DNA of 64,000 nucleotides from Balanoglossus misakiensis. Its lineage: Eukaryota; Animalia; Hemichordata. This document shows positions 52,599 through 64,000 of this stretch, in pieces (position 1 is the first letter of the stretch; each line of letters opens with the position of its first letter). The stretch covers positions 1,408,886 through 1,472,885 of the forward strand of contig CM082597.2 in NCBI GenBank assembly GCA_040954595.2, written 5' to 3'. Both the position numbers and the translations under genes were made by a program. The notes beneath the pieces were generated by a model that was not told the origin of the DNA, did no database searches, and worked only from the letters and a program-made list of their open reading frames with translations.

Positions 52599-55546
52599 AT
52601 GCTGCTCAGGACTATTGTGCTGACACTCATTGTGGCCGCAGTTTTCAGCCTGCAACCATCATGTGCATACCGTGACCATCAGTTCGTAAGTATTTGCATA
52701 AAATACCACGTTTCATAATCATGTTTCATACCGGTTTGCGTAAAATGCAATTACCTGGATATTAGCCACCCGAAATATTATGAGAATGTACACGTTCGCG
52801 TATCTTACTATAGCAAAAGCTTCTTTTAGATGGTGTAACAATGATTAACGCCCTGATATATACAGTTGATGTACTTCAAGCCATGCTTGCATCAAAAATT
52901 CACAATTCATTCTCGATTTACTTGTAAATAGCTCTTCCGATTGTCGGTGTTTTATGGTAGATGATTGCTGTTTATTTTTATTCGAGCATTTTCTACGTGC
53001 CACGTGCAGGTTTGGAGGACTATGATTTCTCTGAAAATTTGTCTCCGAGGCGCGTACTACCTTAAAATCAAGACCCACCCTTTCTGAAAATAGAGAGAAA
53101 CCGTGATTACAAATCGTATTTGTTATCGAGTCGGCATATTTGTGTTAATGACATGTTTTATCAGTACTAATCAATGTCGAAGGTTTGTTCACTTTGAAAA
53201 CGTTATTAAATAAACGGACGCCCATTTCACAGTCCCTGTATACCCTAGGGAACAATAGTCCGAGCTTTAAGACTATCTATGAATAATAATGACCCCAGTG
53301 AAAACACTGTACAGTAAGAGGTATTTTCAGACTGAAGAAGATATCAAATTCGCCATTAAAATCAATTTCGCTTGTCATCAAAATGTTTAACTAAATCGAG
53401 ATTTATGGTGGCGCTCTAAGGCGATTGTTAGTCATGATAAGCACATTAGGCCATTGGCAGATACAATCATTGTTATACGGCAATGACGAAGTGTTCAATT
53501 GTAAAGATCATTGTCAGGAACTTCCAAACAGAAATGAGTGGCTGTAAATTACAAAGATTTCTTCCATACTGATGACTGCAGCTGGTTGAGATTAATTTAC
53601 ATGGAAAAATCGTTATGTGAGTGTGAATTGGTGATTTTGGATGGAATTTCTGGGATGCTCACAGCCCCTATTTCCAACGTCAAATTGATGTCATTCACCT
53701 CGACTTGAATGTATATACATGTAGATACCGTGGTACAAGCCAATTGATATTTAGCATCTAACAAAGTTAGTGAGTCACGAGGCGAATAGAAATAAGACTT
53801 GCTTTAAAGATGAATTAAACGCAAGTTGGTCGCCTATTCTTACGGCTATGCCTTTCAGAGAAAAAGTACCCTAAATTGATATCAATCCTTCGAAGTTCTG
53901 ATAATGACTTTACTTTCTCGCAGCACGTCACTTCATTTGGCATCCCGGCAATGGATTCTTTTCTCCCGCAGATATGATCCTTCCGCATTTCGCTAAGTTA
54001 ATTTGCTGACAATTTCCCTTCTTTTATACGTGTGCGCGACGTTGATTTTGTTCGAAACAGTCTTCGTAAACACTGCACCTACTGTCGGATGTTATTTGTT
54101 AAGGCTGGTTGACGTAGTCCTGGTCAGGCGATCTATTTTCTTTAGACACCCAGTGCATGTCAACTCAATTTTATAACAAATCAGTGAAGTCCAAACTTGT
54201 AATAGAAGGACTGTGCTTGTGCCTACGTTAATGTCATTAAACAGAATGGGATGATTAGAATTACCGTCGTCATGGAGACATGGCCGCGAATTATCAACAC
54301 TGTTCAAAACATCCAGTAGGTTGTGCCTTTTCGGATTACATCACATACTCAACTAATGTTCAGATGGTGTCTAATTGTGTTCGAAACATCAATCGCTAAA
54401 TTCTGCATCGTTTGGACTTGAAGAGAAAAAAGCGGCCATTCTTTCTCATTTTGTCTGCTCCGACATCCAATCCACATTTCCGTTCTGTATCAAACCTTTC
54501 GCGGCCGCATTTCCCGCGGAAAGACACTTTCCACTGGCTCATGAAATTCGTCGCTACGAGCGGTAATTGTCTAACTTGATTAGAGGCCAACACAAACGGG
54601 GACTGCCACCTCTTTTGTTCTACATCCGGGTCTCGTCAATCTTGTCCTATGCATGTGTCAATACTGTGGGTGCGCACATGCATATGTAAATAAGAAAAGT
54701 GTGAAATTCTTCAAAGACAAAATGAATCGCGAAGTGGCCAATACTTATCCCCACGCAAAGTGTCCGTTTACGCGTGCGCACACACCCCTTTGTATGTATC
54801 GCTACACTGTGTGCTCTTTGTCTCAGCCCATACTCTACCGGAGGGTCAAGGGTCAATCATCCGCAAATTTGCATTTCCGATAGATGGCTATGACGTGATT
54901 TCTTTGTGTCATTTACAGTGCGACGTTGACGATTCATGCTTGGGACGAATAAGAGGTTTTGGCGCACGCCCCGTACAGATCTGTGCCTGTCCACCATGGG
55001 CCAGCAAATGTACATTCGAGTACACCAGGAAAAGATTCTTATGCAGAGACCCAATAACTGGTAAGTACATTCTCACTTTGGCGTTTCGTCAGGTAACCAG
55101 ACTGGCCATGTCGCTGTCGATTTTGTAGCTTCAATAATATAGGGGACACACTGCTTTTCTGGCCAGACCTGAGCCCGTGTAAGGATAAACACCTCTCCGC
55201 AACCCATTGTCTATGGGGCCGAGCCTCTGTGTGTGGACGCAAGCGACTCAAAGAATTAATGCTCTGTGTTTACAGTAGGCAAATAGTGTCTCAAATTTTT
55301 CCCTGTCTGAACCATTTATATCTCCACACCAGAAAAATAATAGGCGAGTGTCGTACCGTCTGCGGCTGCGTGTATGGTTCCCGTACGACACAGTTGTTAG
55401 CAAGTCAGAATAGGTGCAAAGTGAATCTGATACAGTGTACACCATTGCAAACAGGTTTTGACGCTCCAATTTAATATTGTTTCCTGGTTCTCTTCTCAGA
55501 AGATGGTCTTACAGAGGCTGGATTGTACGCACGAGGTAGAAAATAG
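52599..55546 (+). CDS. Small secreted 6-Cys peptide precursor, CART-like, with C-terminal GRK amidation signal
   Basis: Exons 52599-52685 (MLLRTIVLTLIVAAVFSLQPSCAYRDHQF), 54919-55060 (CDVDDSCLGRIRGFGARPVQICACPPWASKCTFEYTRKRFLCRDPIT) and 55500-55546 (EDGLTEAGLYARGRK*); splice phases are compatible. Confidence 0.7.
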
Positions 55547-56313
55547 GAGAGGACAACTTACCTACCTACTTAAAAAGAAGTGAGAACCTTTTTCCAGAAA
55601 CATATCACAACTTTAGAGAATTGAGGAACATTTTGCATAAATGTGACATATACAGAACACGCTGGATTTCCTGTACGTATTGACCTTTGATAGCCGTTTG
55701 AAATCGCGGGGTTGGGTACTATTATGTTCAATGTCATATCAGGTCTGATCCAAATATTGTAATGAGAAAATCCTCTGAATTTCTTGGATGGGTTACAAGT
55801 GGCTGTTGTTGCTCTTACAATTTTCTGCTATCATTTAGATTTCTCACAATATGAACACACTGTTGACCTTTGACAGTTTATATTCCTGAATGTCGTTTAA
55901 AACTTGAGCTAAATTTTTTTGCAATGGATAATATCCCGAATTACATAAGATTTATGAGATGCACAAAAATTCTCTAAGTCAAGAATTTGTCATTTTTTGT
56001 AGTCTGTATGAGTTTGAATCCATGTTTATGACATTAAATGCCATAATGGCCAAAATACACAATGTCAAAAATTTGTCATTTTTGAAAAAAAATAACTCTT
56101 CTAAGAAAGGAAGCTTCAGCCTCTACATTGTTTATCATTCCTTTATTTCATACAAATATCACACATAATCAGTTATTACAGTTCCATTTATTTCGTTTAA
56201 ATGTAACAAGTTCATCCCAAACAACCAGAAAATGAGTATTTTAGAGTTGTAAGACAATTCTATAGATTGTTATGAACATAAGTACTACGTTACAATGTTG
56301 TAAAGCCATGTAT

Positions 56314-58035
<1,722 letters not shown>

Positions 58036-58377
58036 AGCGAACTTGGAATCTGGTTACCTTCCGAGTGTATATCAAACACTGACAAGAGTGAATCAACGCG
58101 GCAAATATGTTATGTACATACAGTTCACATCTGTTACCGCTTACGGTTGAGTGAATATGCAAAGAATTACACCGGCAGATTGTATGCAATATAACACACT
58201 ATTATATATCTGGCACCGAGAACAATAGAATTTAGCGTGCACTAAAAAAAGCCGAACGGAACGGTACGCCTTCAGTTTCAAGGGGCCCCAACTCACCTGG
58301 TCATTTAAAAAAAAGATCATGATGTATAACTTTCTGAATTTTGATATTTTGGGCCTTTTTGAACATTTTTAATGTAT

Positions 58378-61300
58378 AACCCATGAAAAATGTTCAAAAA
58401 GGCCGAAAATCTCGAAATCCGGCAAGTCGAAAATTCGCGGTTTTTCGACAAAAACCATGATGGTTAACCCATGAAAAATGTTCAAAAAGGCCGAAAATCT
58501 CGAAATCCGGCAAGTCGAAAATTCGCGGTTTTTCGACAAAAACCATGATGGTTAACCCATGAAAAATGTTCAAATCGGCCGAAAATCTCGAAATTCGGCA
58601 ACTCGAAAATTCGCGGTTTTTCGACAAAAACCATGATGGTTAACCCATGAAAAATGTTCAAATCGGCCGAAAATCTCGAAATTCGGCAACTCGAAAATTC
58701 GCGGTTTTTCGACAAAAACCATGATGGTTAACCCATGAAAAATGTTCAAATCGGCCGAAAATCTCGAAATTCGGCAACTCGAAAATTCGCGGTTTTTCGA
58801 CAAAAACCATGATGGTTAACCCATGAAAAATGTTCAAATCGGCCGAAAATCTCGAAATTCGGCAACTCGAAAATTCGCGGTTTTTCGACAAAAACCATGA
58901 TGGTTAACCCATGAAAAATGTTCAAATCGGCCGAAAATCTCGAAATTCGGCAACTCGAAAATTCGCGGTTTTTCGACAAAAACCATGATGGTTAACCCAT
59001 GAAAAATGTTCAAATCGGCCGAAAATCTCGAAATTCGGCAACTCGAAAATTCGCGGTTTTTCGACAAAAACCATGATGGTTAACCCATGAAAAATGTTCA
59101 AATCGGCCGAAAATCTCGAAATTCGGCAACTCGAAAATTCGCGGTTTTTCGACAAAAACCATGATGGTTAACCCATGAAAAATGTTCAAATCGGCCGAAA
59201 ATCTCGAAATTCGGCAACTCGAAAATTCGCGGTTTTTCGACAAAAACCATGATGGTTAACCCATGAAAAATGTTCAAATCGGCCGAAAATCTCGAAATTC
59301 GGCAACTAGAAAATTCGCGGTTTTTCGACAAAAACAATGATGGTTAACCCATGAAAAATGTTCAAATCGGCCGAAAATCTCGAAATTCGGCAACTCGAAA
59401 ATTCGCGGTTTTTCGACAGAAACCATGATGGTTAACCCATGAAAAATGTTCAAATCGGCCGAAAATCTCGAAATTCGGCAACTCGAAAATTCGCGGTTTT
59501 TCGACAAAAACCATGATGGTTAACCCATGAAAAATGTTCAAATCGGCCGAAAATCTCGAAATTCGGCAACTCGAAAATTCGCGGTTTTTCGACAAAAACC
59601 ATGATGGTTAACCCATGAAAAATGTTCAAATCGGCCGAAAATCTCGAAATTCGGCAACTCGAAAATTCGCGGTTTTTCGACAAAAACCATGATGGTTAAC
59701 CCATGAAAAATGTTCAAATCGGCCGAAAATCTCGAAATTCGGCAACTCGAAAATTCGCGGTTTTTCGACAAAAACCATGATGGTTAACCCATGAAAAATG
59801 TTCAAATCGGCCGAAAATCTCGAAATTCGGCAACTCGAAAATTCGCGGTTTTTCGACAAAAACAATGATGGTTAACCCATGAAAAATGTTCAAATCGGCC
59901 GAAAATCTCGAAATTCGGCAACTCGAAAATTCGCGGTTTTTCGACAGAAACCATGATGGTTAACCCATGAAAAATGTTCAAATCGGCCGAAAATCTCGAA
60001 ATTCGGCAACTCGAAAATTCGCGGTTTTTCGACAAAAACCATGATGGTTAACCCATGAAAAATGTTCAAATCGGCCGAAAATCTCGAAATTCGGCAACTC
60101 GAAAATTCGCGGTTTTTCGACAAAAACCATGATGGTTAACCCATGAAAAATGTTCAAATCGGCCGAAAATCTCGAAATTCGGCAACTCGAAAATTCGCGG
60201 TTTTTCGACAAAAACCATGATGGTTAACCCATGAAAAATGTTCAAATCGGCCGAAAATCTCGAAATTCGGCAACTCGAAAATTCGCGGTTTTTCGACAAA
60301 AACCATGATGGTTAACCCATGAAAAATGTTCAAATCGGCCGAAAATCTCGAAATTCGGCAACTCGAAAATTCGCGGTTTTTCGACAAAAACCATGATGGT
60401 TAACCCATGAAAAATGTTCAAATCGGCCGAAAATCTCGAAATTCGGCAACTCGAAAATTCGCGGTTTTTCGACAAAAACCATGATGGTTAACCCATGAAA
60501 AATGTTCAAATCGGCCGAAAATCTCGAAATTCGGCAACTCGAAAATTCGCGGTTTTTCGACAAAAACCATGATGGTTAACCCATGAAAAATGTTCAAATC
60601 GGCCGAAAATCTCGAAATTCGGCAACTCGAAAATTCGCGGTTTTTCGACAAAAACCATGATGGTTAACCCATGAAAAATGTTCAAATCGGCCGAAAATCT
60701 CGAAATTCGGCAACTCGAAAATTCGCGGTTTTTCGACAAAAACCATGATGGTTAACCCATGAAAAATGTTCAAATCGGCCGAAAATCTCGAAATTCGGCA
60801 ACTCGAAAATTCGCGGTTTTTCGACAAAAACCATGATGGTTAACCCATGAAAAATGTTCAAATCGGCCGAAAATCTCGAAATTCGGCAACTCGAAAATTC
60901 GCGGTTTTTCGACAAAAACCATGATGGTTAACCCATGAAAAATGTTCAAATCGGCCGAAAATCTCGAAATTCGGCAACTCGAAAAATCGCGGTTTTTCGA
61001 CAAAAACCATGATGGTTAACCCATGAAAAATGTTCAAATCGGCCGAAAATCTCGAAATTCGGCAACTCGAAAAATCGCGGTTTTTCGACAAAAACCATGA
61101 TGGTTAACCCATGAAAAATGTTCAAATCGGCCGAAAATCTCGAAATTCGGCAACTCGAAAATTCGCGGTTTTTCGACAAAAACCATGATGGTTAACCCAT
61201 GAAAAATGTTCAAATCGGCCGAAAATCTCGAAATTCGGCAACTCGAAAATTCGCGGTTTTTCGACAAAAACCATGATGGTTAACCCATGAAAAATGTTCA

Positions 61301-64000
61301 AATCGGCCGAAAATCTCGAAATTCGGCAACTCGAAAATTCGCGGTTTTTCGACAAAAACCATGATGGTTAACCCATGAAAAATGTTCAAATCGGCCGAAA
61401 ATCTCGAAATTCGGCAACTCGAAAATTCGCGGTTTTTCGACAAAAACCATGATGGTTAACCCATGAAAAATGTTCAAATCGGCCGAAAATCTCGAAATTC
61501 GGCAACTCGAAAATTCGCGGTTTTTCGACAAAAACCATGATGGTTAACCCATGAAAAATGTTCAAATCGGCCGAAAATCTCGAAATTCGGCAACTCGAAA
61601 ATTCGCGGTTTTTCGACAAAAACCATGATGGTTAACCCATGAAAAATGTTCAAATCGGCCGAAAATCTCGAAATTCGGCAACTCGAAAATTCGCGGTTTT
61701 TCGACAAAAACCATGATGGTTAACCCATGAAAAATGTTCAAATCGGCCGAAAATCTCGAAATTCGGCAACTCGAAAAATCGCGGTTTTTCGACAAAAACC
61801 ATGATGGTTAACCCATGAAAAATGTTCAAATCGGCCGAAAATCTCGAAATTCGGCAACTCGAAAAATCGCGGTTTTTCGACAAAAACCATGATGGTTAAC
61901 CCATGAAAAATGTTCAAATCGGCCGAAAATCTCGAAATTCGGCAACTCGAAAATTCGCGGTTTTTCGACAAAAACCATGATGGTTAACCCATGAAAAATG
62001 TTCAAATCGGCCGAAAATCTCGAAATTCGGCAACTCGAAAATTCGCGGTTTTTCGACAAAAACCATGATGGTTAACCCATGAAAAATGTTCAAATCGGCC
62101 GAAAATCTCGAAATTCGGCAACTCGAAAATTCGCGGTTTTTCGACAGAAACCATGATGGTTAACCCATGAAAAATGTTCAAATCGGCCGAAAATCTCGAA
62201 ATTCGGCAACTCGAAAATTCGCGGTTTTTCGACAGAAACCATGATGGTTAACCCATGAAAAATGTTCAAATCGGCCGAAAATCTCGAAATTCGGCAACTC
62301 GAAAATTCGCGGTTTTTCGACAAAAACCATGATGGTTAACCCATGAAAAATGTTCAAATCGGCCGAAAATCTCGAAATTCGGCAACTCGAAAATTCGCGG
62401 TTTTTCGACAAAAACCATGATGGTTAACCCATGAAAAATGTTCAAATCGGCCGAAAATCTCGAAATTCGGCTACTCGAAAATTCGCGGTTTTTCGACAAA
62501 AACCATGATGGTTAACCCATGAAAAATGTTCAAATCGGCCGAAAATCTCGAAATTCGGCAACTCGAAAATTCGCGGTTTTTCGACAAAAACCATGATGGT
62601 TAACCCATGAAAAATGTTCAAATCGGCCGAAAATCTCGAAATTCGGCAACTCGAAAATTCGCGGTTTTTCGACAAAAACCATGATGGTTAACCCATGAAA
62701 AATGTTCAAATCGGCCGAAAATCTCGAAATTCGGCAACTCGAAAATTCGCGGTTTTTCGACAAAAACCATGATGGTTAACCCATGAAAAATGTTCAAATC
62801 GGCCGAAAATCTCGAAATTCGGCAACTCGAAAATTCGCGGTTTTTCGACAAAAACCATGATGGTTAACCCATGAAAAATGTTCAAATCGGCCGAAAATCT
62901 CGAAATTCGGCAACTCGAAAATTTGCGGTTTTTCGACAAAAACCATGATGGTTAACCCATGAAAAATGTTCAAATCGGCCGAAAATCTCGAAATTCGGCA
63001 ACTCGAAAATTCGCGGTTTTTCGACAAAAACCATGATGGTTAACCCATGAAAAATGTTCAAATCGGCCGAAAATCTCGAAATTCGGCAACTCGAAAATTC
63101 GCGGTTTTTCGACAAAAACCATGATGGTTAACCCATGAAAAATGTTCAAATCGGCCGAAAATCTCGAAATTCGGCAACTCGAAAATTCGCGGTTTTTCGA
63201 CAAAAACCATGATGGTTAACCCATGAAAAATGTTCAAATCGGCCGAAAATCTCGAAATTCGGCAACTCGAAAATTCGCGGTTTTTCGACAAAAACCATGA
63301 TGGTTAACCCATGAAAAATGTTCAAATCGGCCGAAAATCTCGAAATTCGGCAACTCGAAAATTTGCGGTTTTTCGACAAAAACCATGATGGTTAACCCAT
63401 GAAAAATGTTCAAATCGGCCGAAAATCTCGAAATTCGGCAACTCGAAAATTCGCGGTTTTTCGACAAAAACCATGATGGTTAACCCATGAAAAATGTTCA
63501 AATCGGCCGAAAATCTCGAAATTCGGCAACTCGAAAATTCGCGGTTTTTCGACAAAAACCATGATGGTTAACCCATGAAAAATGTTCAAATCGGCCGAAA
63601 ATCTCGAAATTCGGCAACTCGAAAATTTGCGGTTTTTCGACAAAAACCATGATGGTTAACCCATGAAAAATGTTCAAATCGGCCGAAAATCTCGAAATTC
63701 GGCAACTCGAAAATTCGCGGTTTTTCGACAAAAACCATGATGGTTAACCCATGAAAAATGTTCAAATCGGCCGAAAATCTCGAAATTCGGCAACTCGAAA
63801 ATTCGCGGTTTTTCGACAAAAACCATGATGGTTAACCCATGAAAAATGTTCAAATCGGCCGAAAATCTCGAAATTCGGCAACTCGAAAATTCGCGGTTTT
63901 TCGACAAAAACCATGATGGTTAACCCATGAAAAATGTTCAAATCGGCCGAAAATCTCGAAATTCGGCAACTCGAAAATTCGCGGTTTTTCGACAAAAACC
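58378..64000. repeat. 88-bp tandem satellite array (~64 near-identical units, continues beyond window)
   Basis: Unit CATGAAAAATGTTCAAATCGGCCGAAAATCTCGAAATTCGGCAACTCGAAAATTCGCGGTTTTTCGACAAAAACCATGATGGTTAACC; ORF-track entries recur every 88 bp. Confidence 0.99.

Noticed and set aside
58394-63995. Dozens of 77-aa ORFs (MSKNREFSS...)
   Set aside because: Artefacts of translating the 88-bp satellite.
58378-64000. CRISPR-like array, or RSS nonamer ACAAAAACC in each satellite unit
   Set aside because: There are no unique spacers or cas genes and the context is eukaryotic. The nonamer has no CACAGTG heptamer 12/23 bp away and is part of a GGTTTTTCGACAAAAACC quasi-palindrome.

Overview
Intron-rich animal genomic DNA; the gene content suggests a marine invertebrate deuterostome such as a hemichordate (inference, not established). 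From left to right: the 3' part of a gene with a CEP104-type zinc-finger array; an O-fucosyltransferase-family type II membrane gene; a candidate innate-immune locus; a 1,740-aa C2H2 zinc-finger gene; a GPI-type trehalase; an LDLa-LDLa-CAP secreted protein; a small secreted CART-like 6-Cys peptide gene; a WSCD-family sulfotransferase; and an 88-bp satellite array that runs off the window end. The immune locus holds a TIR-SAM-4x Tudor-knot gene, a tandem TIR-only paralog, and a convergent cluster of four intact plus one pseudogenised single V-set Ig genes with GPI-like tails, one carrying a PIF/Harbinger-type MITE. Exon models were spliced by eye from GT/GC-AG sites and frame continuity. No database searches were run.
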